From contig JBMYOQ010000003.1 of assembly GCA_049599475.1 (NCBI GenBank), positions 86,291-150,290 of the forward strand: a DNA stretch of 64,000 nucleotides, read 5' to 3'. Position numbers and translations under genes: made by a program. This document shows positions 11,401-19,657 of this stretch, piece after piece (within the stretch, counting starts at the first letter, position 1; each line of letters opens with the position of its first letter). The notes below the pieces were generated by a model, which saw only the letters and a list, made by a program, of their open reading frames with translations, was not told the DNA's origin and searched no databases. Source of the stretch: Opitutales bacterium. GTDB lineage: Bacteria; Verrucomicrobiota; Verrucomicrobiia; Opitutales; JABSRG01.

Positions 11401-11590
11401 CCGACTCAAAGACATTCCAATCATAGCGCTTACTGCTCTTTCAGGTAAAACGCATTCAGACTTTGGATACGAATCTGGTGTCGATGCCTACGAGACAAAG
11501 CTCGATAAAGAAGGCCTCCGAGAGACCATCGAGCGTATCATGAAGGAGCGCCAAGTAAACCCGGCTCACGCGGCGCTGTTAACCTCTTAA
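8468..11590 (+). CDS. cheA: Hybrid CheA: HPt, dimerisation, HATPase, two CheW domains, C-terminal REC
   Basis: FRAVHSIKG, HMIRNCCDHG, FAPGFSTA...SGRGVGMDVV, two CheW-like segments, LLVTDIKMP receiver. Confidence 0.95.
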   Translation: MDDELLELFVQESEEHLDNLEPALLALEKDHSDEAVINEIFRAVHSIKGASGFFGLDRISQMAHIMENLMSQVREHVMEVDNAMVEALLKGTDRLRMMLDNCGESNEIDITTEVDVIKQILENHGDSSAAAAVDSEQESDKDPSDIEGFRPDPYVLMNGLRHGHNYYVVKLNLIRDVHAHQRKPFDFFKEIEDCGEFIDSRTDISGITGLDDAGAADPTFSFFFSTVMVPDLAKEIFDVPPEQVCQISDDTIKKYIDAYGARESEEGAAAEAESASTEVVDDAESEKVDVESLKDVTTPPFPKRTPEEKSEEPAKETKPQPKAKEPEKPAPAKSGPPAKGPARKVEETIRVSVTVLDDLMNLAGEMVLSRNQLVRLAEENKNQNPGLNKAVHSISYITSDLQEKVMQTRLQPVGMLFNKFTRIIRDLSSKLGKEISLEISGEEVELDKSIIEGLSDPLSHMIRNCCDHGVETPDERKANGKDPKGRVQLRASHAGDKVLIEIVDDGRGIDPAKIKAKAVEKGVISQEEADAIHDQQAAMLIFAPGFSTAEQISDVSGRGVGMDVVRTNIEGLGGSVELTSQPGNGTRFALTLPLTLAIVPSMIVASGGGRFAVPQVNLEEIVHLQGQHQIEFIHGSPVYRLRGRLIPIVSLAQVFATEPGDRFMNSQARQHIPENSYIVILNLEKSQFGLVVDGLHDSEEIVVKPLSAHIKSAQCYSGATIMGDGSVAMILDIQGIANLASVESRDFEAEAEAEEEDGEAIQQILAFRNHPDERFAISLPLVSRIERIHKSQLERIGDNEFIKHRDTSLRVIRLENYVNITKHIDQIDNYTLIIPKLVCKPIGILVSEVEDAIATRVKLDTGSVRTEGAIGSAIIDNELTLFVDIYDILERADPEAYAFSKASPDLASNKILLAEDTHFFQAVVGNYLREFSKDVTVVPNGRDAFELLEKEDFDLLVTDIKMPVMNGFELTSKIRSTGRLKDIPIIALTALSGKTHSDFGYESGVDAYETKLDKEGLRETIERIMKERQVNPAHAALLTS

Positions 11591-11594
11591 TCCA

Positions 11595-12764
11595 ATGCAT
11601 AAACTCGGTAAACGCGTCTTAATTGTCGACGATTCGGCTATCTATCGACGCATCTTTGAGCAAGCAGCGAAAACGCTGCCTGAAGTCAAAGACGTAATTA
11701 CTGCAAACAGTGGGCGCGACGCAGTAAAAGCGATTCAAAAGGAAGAATTTGATCTGGTCCTTAGTGATATGGTGATGCCTGAAATGGATGGCATAACCAC
11801 TACACGCGAAATCTTAAAAGTAAGACCCGGGCAAGCAATTGTGGTAGTCAGTGGCGTATCGACACGCGAAGCATCTACGACCATGGAAGCCCTTAGTGCG
11901 GGTGCCATCGACTTTATACCCAAGCCTAAATCTGGCAGCATGCAGGATAATATGTCCTCGATTGCTCGCTCAATCAAAGAGCTGCTCTCGGCGGCAACGC
12001 GACCAATCACGCGCAGTTCTCGCTTAGAAACAGAATGGAAGAAAGAGCCCACAAAACCTCCGGTTAAGAGTCCATCTATCGGAAGCCCTAAACTATCCCA
12101 GGTTCCTGAGAGAAAATCGATAATCGCTCAGGCCAACATGGGTCAATTCAACGCAGACTTAGTCTTGATTGGGATATCAACGGGAGGCCCCAACACGCTG
12201 CAAAAAATGCTCCCGCTGCTGCCCAAAGACTTTGGTGCTCCAATCATCATTGTACAACACATGCCCGAGGGTTTCACCCAAGCGCTCGCACGTCAGCTCA
12301 ACAACTCCTGTAATCTACATGTCAAAGAGGCCGATGAAGGAGAGATTGCCGAGCGCGGCACCATCTATATCTCAAAAGGCGGAAAACACCTTGTTGTGGG
12401 TGAAAAGAAAGGCCCAGGCCGGTATTTACTCAAATATGAAAATAGCCCGCCCGTAAATTCATGCAAGCCAGCAGTCGACGTGCTCTATTCGAGCGTCGCC
12501 AAACTCAGCGATATCAAAGTGGTCTCGATGATCCTGACTGGGATGGGATCTGATGGTGCAAACGGAGTAAAAGAACTCATTTCCTCAAAGAGCATTCGCA
12601 CATTCTCGATTACCCAAAACGCAGAAACGTGCGTCGTCTACGGTATGCCACGCGCAGTCGACGAGGCCAACCTTGCAGACGAATCCCTACCCCTTCAATC
12701 AATACACGAACGACTCTGTCAGCTAGTCAGAGCATCTCATTTTACTGCCCGAACCGTTGCCTAA
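11595..12764 (+). CDS. cheB: Chemotaxis methylesterase CheB
   Basis: N-terminal REC; GISTGGP, VQHMP, TGMGSDG. Confidence 0.95.
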   Translation: MHKLGKRVLIVDDSAIYRRIFEQAAKTLPEVKDVITANSGRDAVKAIQKEEFDLVLSDMVMPEMDGITTTREILKVRPGQAIVVVSGVSTREASTTMEALSAGAIDFIPKPKSGSMQDNMSSIARSIKELLSAATRPITRSSRLETEWKKEPTKPPVKSPSIGSPKLSQVPERKSIIAQANMGQFNADLVLIGISTGGPNTLQKMLPLLPKDFGAPIIIVQHMPEGFTQALARQLNNSCNLHVKEADEGEIAERGTIYISKGGKHLVVGEKKGPGRYLLKYENSPPVNSCKPAVDVLYSSVAKLSDIKVVSMILTGMGSDGANGVKELISSKSIRTFSITQNAETCVVYGMPRAVDEANLADESLPLQSIHERLCQLVRASHFTARTVA

Positions 12765-12776
12765 GAAATTTCTATT

Positions 12777-13634
12777 GTGAACGCCACCACACCAGCCCCG
12801 ACCACCTCCCGAGTATCCAAAGAAACATACGGTGTTCTAGTAGATTGGATCGAGCGTAATTGCGGTATATCTCTTGGAGACTCAAAGGCATACCTGGTGG
12901 AGACCCGCTTCGCTCCCATCCTCATAAAACTCCAGTGCCAAAGTTTCGACGACCTCGTCAAAAAGCTAAAGACATCCGCCGGAACTGCTATTAAGGATGA
13001 CATCATAGATGCGATCACCACCAATGAGACGCTTTGGTTTCGAGACCCCAATATCTGGAGCCACCTAGAAAGCGGCTTCCTCAAGGAATTTCTAGAGTCC
13101 AGCTCATCTAAGAAACGAATTTGGTCGGCAGCCGCGTCGTCAGGACAAGAGATTTATTCACTCGCCATGCTTATGGATAAGCTATCACGCAAATATCCAG
13201 ACCTGCGCAACAAAGTAATGGCCACAGAATTACTCGCCACCGATGTATCCAAGAACATCTTAAACATCGCACAGAAGGGCCGCTACTCGCGCCTCGAGAT
13301 GTCCCGAGGACTCGATGAGGAATATAAAAACCGATATTTCGATAAAGACCGTCTATTCTCCTCGATAAAGCGAGACATTAAAGCACGCGTAAAATTCCAA
13401 GCACACAACCTCCAATCACCCTTTGGACAGCTTGGAAAATTCGACATCATTTTATGCCGCAACGTCACCATCTACTTCTCGAGAGAATTCAGACAAGACC
13501 TGCTCAATCGCCTGGACGCGGCTCTCAATCCGGGTGGCGTACTCATTCTCGGAGCTACAGAGAGCATAATCGGATTTAAAACCAATCTCAAAAACCGCCC
13601 AGGACAACCTCCTAGTTTTTACTTTAAGGATTAA
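12777..13634 (+). CDS. cheR: Chemotaxis methyltransferase CheR
   Basis: TTNETLWFRD, IWSAAASSGQEIYS, ILCRNVTIYF. Confidence 0.93.
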   Translation: MNATTPAPTTSRVSKETYGVLVDWIERNCGISLGDSKAYLVETRFAPILIKLQCQSFDDLVKKLKTSAGTAIKDDIIDAITTNETLWFRDPNIWSHLESGFLKEFLESSSSKKRIWSAAASSGQEIYSLAMLMDKLSRKYPDLRNKVMATELLATDVSKNILNIAQKGRYSRLEMSRGLDEEYKNRYFDKDRLFSSIKRDIKARVKFQAHNLQSPFGQLGKFDIILCRNVTIYFSREFRQDLLNRLDAALNPGGVLILGATESIIGFKTNLKNRPGQPPSFYFKD

Positions 13635-13635
13635 C

Positions 13636-14016
13636 ATGAAAAAGGCCCTACATATCGATGATTCCTACACGGTTTATCAGATCGTGAGCTCCGCAGCATC
13701 CGTTCTCGAAGTGGAAGTTCTCCATGCTTCAAACGGCAGTGACGGTCTAGCTCTCTTGGAGGAATTCCACGCTGATCTCAGCTTAGTCATACTCGACTTC
13801 AATATGCCCGGAGCAAACGGCTTAGAGATCTTGAAAGACATCAAATCCAATCCTAATACCAAAAACATCCCTGTGATGATGCTCACATCTGATGGGGATC
13901 CTGGATTGGTTATGGATTTCATCAAAGCCGGAGCGGCAAACTATCTCAACAAGCCCTTCACCCAAGAGGATCTCATCAACAAGATGATGGGCTGTGTGGG
14001 AGAAGCGACCCTCTAG
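13636..14016 (+). CDS. Single-domain response regulator (CheY-like)
   Basis: IDDS...ILDFNMP...MLTS...YLNKPF; 126 aa. Confidence 0.88.
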   Translation: MKKALHIDDSYTVYQIVSSAASVLEVEVLHASNGSDGLALLEEFHADLSLVILDFNMPGANGLEILKDIKSNPNTKNIPVMMLTSDGDPGLVMDFIKAGAANYLNKPFTQEDLINKMMGCVGEATL

Positions 14017-14088
14017 CCTGCAGATTTTTGAGTCCAAGCCCACTTTGTTATCGCAGCCGAGCGGCCTTGCGCTTTCTCTCGCAATTCT

Positions 14089-15618
14089 ATGCTGCAGAGG
14101 CCCTTATTTGACTGGTTAACTGAACGTAGCGTGGGCTGCTTTGCCCACGTATCCTCACTTCCGAGCCGCCATGGAATCGGCAACCTCGGCAATAGTACCA
14201 AAACGTTCATCGATCTCCTGAGCGACTGCGGCATGTCGTCTTGGCAAATCTGCCCGATGGGTCCCACGGGCTACGGTGATTCGCCCTACTCTTCGTTCAG
14301 CGCTTTCGCGGGAAACCCCTACTTCATCGATTGGCAGGATTTTGTATCCGTCGGGCTCGTTCAAATCAGCGAAGTTGAGCCACTCACCCGCCTCTCTGCC
14401 GATAAAACTGAATACTCTGAGATTCATAAGATCGTCACTCCCTTGGCGCAAAAAGTCGGGAAGCGCTGGATCGAAAAGCCTATCCAACTTGATTCGGAAT
14501 ACACCTTCGAAGCATTCTGCGAAGAAGCCGCGTATTGGCTAGAAGACTACGCATACTTTCGCGTGTTGAAGAATGCATTTGGAGGGATCAACTGGATCGA
14601 ATGGCCCAAAGCCTATCGCGATAGTGCCACAGCCCGCACCACCAAGCTGCCACCACAGGCCTCCGAAGATCAAGTCCTGATCGAAAAGTTTATCCAGTAT
14701 TTGTTCTATCTACAGTGGCGCAAAGTACAGAGCTACGCCAAGGAGCGTAAAGTGGAGATCATCGGAGACCTACCCATTTTCGTAGCCCAAGATTCTGCTG
14801 ATGTCTGGGCACACCCTAGCCTTTTTTCCTTAGACCCCGATGGGCGTCCCAGTGTGGTAGCCGGTGTGCCGCCAGACTATTTCAGCGAAGATGGACAGCA
14901 TTGGGGCAATCCTCTGTATGACTGGAAAGCGCACAAGGCAGAGGGCTATCAATGGTGGATCCAGCGCATGCGCACGAGTTTCCAGTCTTTTGACATTGTA
15001 CGACTCGACCACTTCCGCGGATTCGAAGCCTATTGGGAAATTCCTGGAGATGCTGAGAACGCCCGATCTGGCAAATGGGTAAAGGGCCCGGGCCTCGACC
15101 TATTCAAGGCTATCCAAAAAGAAATCCCTGAGGCACGCATCATTGCTGAGGACCTCGGAGTCATCACAGAACAGGTCACTCAGCTGCGAGACGATAGCGG
15201 CTTCCCAGGCATGGCTATCTTGCAATTCGCATTCGGGGGCGCTGCCGACAACATTTACCTCCCGCACAACCTTGTGACCAACCAGGTCGTCTACCCAGGC
15301 ACCCACGATAACGACACGAGCCTGGGCTGGTATCGAAGCATGCCTGAAAACGTAAAAGATCACTTCCGCCGATATTTCAGAGTCGGCGGAGGCGAAGCTG
15401 GATGGGATCTGATCCGCGCGGCCTACGCAGCTCCATCTCGGTTAGCCATTATCCCGCTGCAGGACCTGTTGTCTCTCGGAAGTGAGGCGCGATTCAATAC
15501 GCCAGGCGCCGCCTTGGGTAACTGGCAATGGCGTGTTACGACCGAACAGCTAAACCATCTCTATCTGCACAACCGGAAATATCTCCGCAACCTAGCCGAG
15601 ATTTACGGGCGCGGATAG
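14089..15618 (+). CDS. malQ: 4-alpha-glucanotransferase (amylomaltase, GH77)
   Basis: GVPPDYFSEDGQHWGNP, RLDHFRG, IIAEDLG, GTHDNDT. Confidence 0.96.
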   Translation: MLQRPLFDWLTERSVGCFAHVSSLPSRHGIGNLGNSTKTFIDLLSDCGMSSWQICPMGPTGYGDSPYSSFSAFAGNPYFIDWQDFVSVGLVQISEVEPLTRLSADKTEYSEIHKIVTPLAQKVGKRWIEKPIQLDSEYTFEAFCEEAAYWLEDYAYFRVLKNAFGGINWIEWPKAYRDSATARTTKLPPQASEDQVLIEKFIQYLFYLQWRKVQSYAKERKVEIIGDLPIFVAQDSADVWAHPSLFSLDPDGRPSVVAGVPPDYFSEDGQHWGNPLYDWKAHKAEGYQWWIQRMRTSFQSFDIVRLDHFRGFEAYWEIPGDAENARSGKWVKGPGLDLFKAIQKEIPEARIIAEDLGVITEQVTQLRDDSGFPGMAILQFAFGGAADNIYLPHNLVTNQVVYPGTHDNDTSLGWYRSMPENVKDHFRRYFRVGGGEAGWDLIRAAYAAPSRLAIIPLQDLLSLGSEARFNTPGAALGNWQWRVTTEQLNHLYLHNRKYLRNLAEIYGRG

Positions 15619-15782
15619 ACGGCATTTTGGTCCCAAATGCCGAGACACATAGCTGCTCGAACAACTGCCGCTTGGGATAAAAATTTCATACAACATCGCG
15701 CGCAATCACTCCCACAAGCTTCCCTCTTTTACCTAAAACCTTGCCAAAGGATGCCCGCGACCTGTTATAACAGCCCGAATAT

Positions 15783-16847
15783 ATGAGCGGCGAACTACCT
15801 GTCATACTCACCTGTGCACAACCCACCAACCAGTTGACCCTGGGCAACTACCTCGGTGCTATCCGAAACTGGGCCAAAATGATCGAAGGCCATACCTGCT
15901 ATTTCGGTCTAGTGGACCTGCATGCGATCACCAGCGACTACACGCCTGCGGACCTGCGTAAAAACACCTTCAGCTGCGCCGCCCAGTACTTAGCTTGCGG
16001 CCTCGATCCTGAGAAGAGCCACATTTTTGTACAATCACATGTAACAGGCCACACCGAGCTGGCCTGGGTGCTCGGTTGTATCACACCGATCGGCGACCTC
16101 CAACGGATGACACAATTTAAGGAGAAGGCAGCCAAGCTGGGATTCAATGTTTCCGACGACGAGAACGAGCTCAAATTTGCCCATGAAGGGGCCCGGGCTC
16201 AGGCATCTGTAAACTCCGGCCTCCTCTTCTATCCCGTGCTCATGGCTGCAGACATTCTGCTCTACAATGCCGATGTGGTGCCGACCGGGGATGACCAGAA
16301 ACAACACCTTGAGCTTTGCCGCGACTTAGCTCGCCGTTTCAATCACCGCTACAGTGATACATTTACCATTCCTGAGCCTGCTATCAGCAAGAGTGCCTCG
16401 CGTATCATGTCACTCCAGGAACCCACGAAAAAAATGAGTAAGTCGGATCCCGACCCACTCGCCAGCATTTTCATTATAGACGACCCCAAGCTCATCCGCA
16501 GAAAGATCATGAGCGCGGTAACCGACTCTGGAAGCGAAGTCCGCGCCGATCCCGAGAAACCTGGTGTCACCAATCTGATGTCGATCCTGGGAAGCATAAG
16601 CGGCGAATCCAACGACGAGATCGAGCAACGCTTCGCGGGCAAAGGCTACGGAGATTTCAAAAAAGAAGTCGCCGAAGCTGTAGTCGAATTGCTGACACCC
16701 ATCCAAGAGCGCTATCACGCATACTGCGCAGATAAGACCTATGTGAACGGTGTGCTTAAGGCGGGTGCCGAGGCCGCTCAAAAGCGCGCTTATAAAACTC
16801 TTGGTAAAGTGTATCGAAAAGCTGGATTTGTAGAACGGATTCGCTAA
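15783..16847 (+). CDS. trpS: Tryptophan--tRNA ligase
   Basis: TLGN (HIGH equivalent), YPVLMAADIL, KMSKS. Confidence 0.96.
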   Translation: MSGELPVILTCAQPTNQLTLGNYLGAIRNWAKMIEGHTCYFGLVDLHAITSDYTPADLRKNTFSCAAQYLACGLDPEKSHIFVQSHVTGHTELAWVLGCITPIGDLQRMTQFKEKAAKLGFNVSDDENELKFAHEGARAQASVNSGLLFYPVLMAADILLYNADVVPTGDDQKQHLELCRDLARRFNHRYSDTFTIPEPAISKSASRIMSLQEPTKKMSKSDPDPLASIFIIDDPKLIRRKIMSAVTDSGSEVRADPEKPGVTNLMSILGSISGESNDEIEQRFAGKGYGDFKKEVAEAVVELLTPIQERYHAYCADKTYVNGVLKAGAEAAQKRAYKTLGKVYRKAGFVERIR

Positions 16848-16881
16848 GGTCCTCTCCAACAGCTCTTAGCGTTCTCTCCAC

Positions 16882-18282
16882 ATGGATCATCCTGCCCCAT
16901 CCAATTCTGAAGCCAGCCTCAATAAAATACCGTTCATAGCCGCGGACGTTGTGCTCAGTTCCGCCGCCGTTGCTGTGGCTTTATTAGCAGAAAAACCGCT
17001 TGGGGTATGGACAGTCGCGGTCTGCCTCAGTGCGCTGTTTCTGGGATTCATTTTTCTAGTCGTGCCCTACATCCTTGAGTTTTCCCTCAAGCTCCAGGCT
17101 CGCAATGAAGACTTGGAGAAAAATATTCAGAGCCAAAGCGACCTGCTCGAAGATGCCCTGGGGCGCTGGGACCGCCTTCACGGCGAGGTAAAATCTATTT
17201 TCGAATCTTCAAAAATAAATGCAGCCGGGTACGAGGGGCTCCTGCACCGATTCGACCAAAGACTGGAAGTCTTAGACGCTCGCCTGCTCGAAATAGAGCG
17301 TGTTGCCCGCGTCTTCGAATCCGGGCTCAAGGACATGGCCGAGCGTGCAGAAACTCTCCATGCCCAAGAGGCACAGGCCTGGGAATCACGACTCAGCAAT
17401 CACCGCGACTCGATCCAGCAAACCATTTCTGCCCTCCGTTCCACATCCAGCGACTCTGGAAAACTGAATGAGGAACTCTCTCAAAAGCTCGAATCGATAG
17501 AAGCTCAATTCACCAAAATTGAGGACGAACTGGGAAATATCACACAGAGCCTTACCACAATCGGAGAAAGCACTCCAAGCACCCCATCCGAGGAAGAGCC
17601 TTGGACCGACCCCAGTGGGCGCTACACCTCAATGCTCGATCGCGCTCTCAGTGGAAACGCAAATAAGCCGACTCTCCCCACGGTAAATGCCCCCAAGGTA
17701 GAGGAACCTGCGGACAACGAAGAAGTTGAAGAGCTTGATGAGGAGGAAGAACAACCCGAAGTTCAAGACTCTGAGGAAACACTAGAGGAGACCCCAGAGC
17801 CCGAAGCCATCGACAAAGAGGCTATGCCTATTCTAGATGATGATTTCATCGATGAAGTCATCCCGGGTACTGAAGTCGAGGAGGCCAATGTAGAAGACGT
17901 TGATTGGCCCGAACCCGACGAAGCGGAAGCACCCACTACTGAGCCTGAAGACGCGCCCGACGACGAAACTGAAGAGCCCGCCGAAGAAGAAGCTGCGGAC
18001 AGTGAAGTAGATTCCGACGAGGCCGAGCCTGCATCTATTACCGCAAGTATTTTGATCGGAATTGGCGATAAGATCCATGTTCGCGGTGAAGGCCCAGGCC
18101 TCTCTCCAAATACCGGAACAGAAATGGAGTTTGTAAATATCGGCAGCTATCGATGGAGCCACGACGGCCTCGCCGAACCAATCACGCTCGAATTTTACCT
18201 CAATGATGAGATTCCTTCGGTAGAAGGCCCCATCACTCTGAATCCCGGTGAGCACATCGAGATCAGCCCAGACTTCCCATAG
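16882..18282 (+). CDS. Hypothetical membrane protein: two N-terminal TM helices, coiled coil, very acidic linker, small C-terminal beta domain
   Basis: Long ORF co-oriented with neighbours; hydrophobic N-terminus; E/D/P-rich region; C-terminal IGIGDKIHVRGEGPGLS. Confidence 0.75.
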   Translation: MDHPAPSNSEASLNKIPFIAADVVLSSAAVAVALLAEKPLGVWTVAVCLSALFLGFIFLVVPYILEFSLKLQARNEDLEKNIQSQSDLLEDALGRWDRLHGEVKSIFESSKINAAGYEGLLHRFDQRLEVLDARLLEIERVARVFESGLKDMAERAETLHAQEAQAWESRLSNHRDSIQQTISALRSTSSDSGKLNEELSQKLESIEAQFTKIEDELGNITQSLTTIGESTPSTPSEEEPWTDPSGRYTSMLDRALSGNANKPTLPTVNAPKVEEPADNEEVEELDEEEEQPEVQDSEETLEETPEPEAIDKEAMPILDDDFIDEVIPGTEVEEANVEDVDWPEPDEAEAPTTEPEDAPDDETEEPAEEEAADSEVDSDEAEPASITASILIGIGDKIHVRGEGPGLSPNTGTEMEFVNIGSYRWSHDGLAEPITLEFYLNDEIPSVEGPITLNPGEHIEISPDFP

Positions 18283-18411
18283 AACAGTATTGGGATTTGA
18301 AAATTGAGATTTGAGATTTACCTCCAGGGATTTCCCTTTTCGGATTTATCACATTCCCCGCTTGCCCTCGGGACTTAAGGCTCTCATTTTCGCTCCCTTT
18401 TTAAGGGAATA

Positions 18412-19623
18412 ATGGCACGAATCGTCCAGAAATACGGAGGCACCTCAGTCGGGGATGTGGATCGCATAAAGCGCGTAGCGGAACGCGTAAAGGCATGCTA
18501 TGACGCGGGCAACCAAGTCGTCGTAGTGGTATCGGCGCGCTCCGGTGTAACGAATGAACTCATCGCCCGCGCTAAAGCGATAAACCCTCAACCTGACGAA
18601 CGTGAGATGGACATGCTCCTCTCCGTCGGCGAGCAGGAAACCATCGCATTGACCGCCATGGCGCTCCACACGCTGGGCATTCCAGCAGTCTCACGCACCG
18701 GCGCACAGGCAGGCATCCTTACCGATCCGTTCCATACCCGCGCACGCATCGTAGACATCTCAGGCGGCGACATCAACGATCAGCTCGATTCGGGCTCCGT
18801 TGTCATAGTCGCTGGATTCCAGGGCACCAATAAAGATGGCCATATCACGACTTTGGGACGCGGTGGCTCCGACCTCTCAGCGATCGCTATCGCAGAGGCA
18901 GTCGATGCCGATCTCTGCCAAATTTATACCGATGTAGACGGAATCTACACAGCAGATCCACGCATCGTTCCCAACGCGAAAAAGATCAACGAAATCGCCT
19001 ACGAAGAACTCCTCGAAATGGCCAGCAGCGGCACCAAGGTAATGCAGTCGCGCGCCGTAGAATTTGCCCAAAAATACAAAGTCCCCTTCGAAGTACGCTC
19101 TAGCTTTAACAACAACCCAGGCACCCTAGTGAAAGAAGAAGTCGCATCTATGGAAGACGTCCTCGTGAGTGGCGTATCCGCGGACAAGAATCAGTCGAAA
19201 ATCACGGTCACAAACCTTCCAGACCGCCCAGGAACTGCAGCCATTCTCTTCCAGGCAATCGCGGCCGATGGTGTTATCGTCGATATGATCGTTCAAAACA
19301 TCGGTCGTGGCGGTAAGGCGAACATGACTTTCACGGTCCCACGCGATGATGTTTACCGTGCTGAGAAGGCCGTAAAAGAAGCTTTCTCCGGTGCAGGCGA
19401 CATCGAGTTCATCGCTTCGGATATCGCGAAGATTTCGGTAGTCGGCATCGGCATGAAGTCACACAGTGGAGTCGCCGCGAAGTTCTTCGATTCTCTGGCA
19501 ACTGCGGGAATCAGCATCCAGCTGATCAGCACATCCGAGATCAAGATTTCCGTAGGGATCGATCTCGACAAGGCGGACGACGCCGTGCGTGCAGCCCACG
19601 ACACATTCAATCTGGGTGCGTAA
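18412..19623 (+). CDS. lysC: Aspartate kinase with two ACT domains
   Basis: VQKYGGTSVG, TTLGRGGSD, YTDVDG, ISTSEIKIS. Confidence 0.96.
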   Translation: MARIVQKYGGTSVGDVDRIKRVAERVKACYDAGNQVVVVVSARSGVTNELIARAKAINPQPDEREMDMLLSVGEQETIALTAMALHTLGIPAVSRTGAQAGILTDPFHTRARIVDISGGDINDQLDSGSVVIVAGFQGTNKDGHITTLGRGGSDLSAIAIAEAVDADLCQIYTDVDGIYTADPRIVPNAKKINEIAYEELLEMASSGTKVMQSRAVEFAQKYKVPFEVRSSFNNNPGTLVKEEVASMEDVLVSGVSADKNQSKITVTNLPDRPGTAAILFQAIAADGVIVDMIVQNIGRGGKANMTFTVPRDDVYRAEKAVKEAFSGAGDIEFIASDIAKISVVGIGMKSHSGVAAKFFDSLATAGISIQLISTSEIKISVGIDLDKADDAVRAAHDTFNLGA

Positions 19624-19657
19624 CAGCGACTAGAGATTTTCCGAACTCTCGGCCCTT

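Noticed and set aside
15620..15642. Hairpin CGGCATTT...AAATGCCG after malQ
   Set aside because: No U-tract, so not called as a terminator
18292..18319. Degenerate heptamer run (TGAGATT-like, four units)
   Set aside because: Short, imperfect and without spacers; not CRISPR
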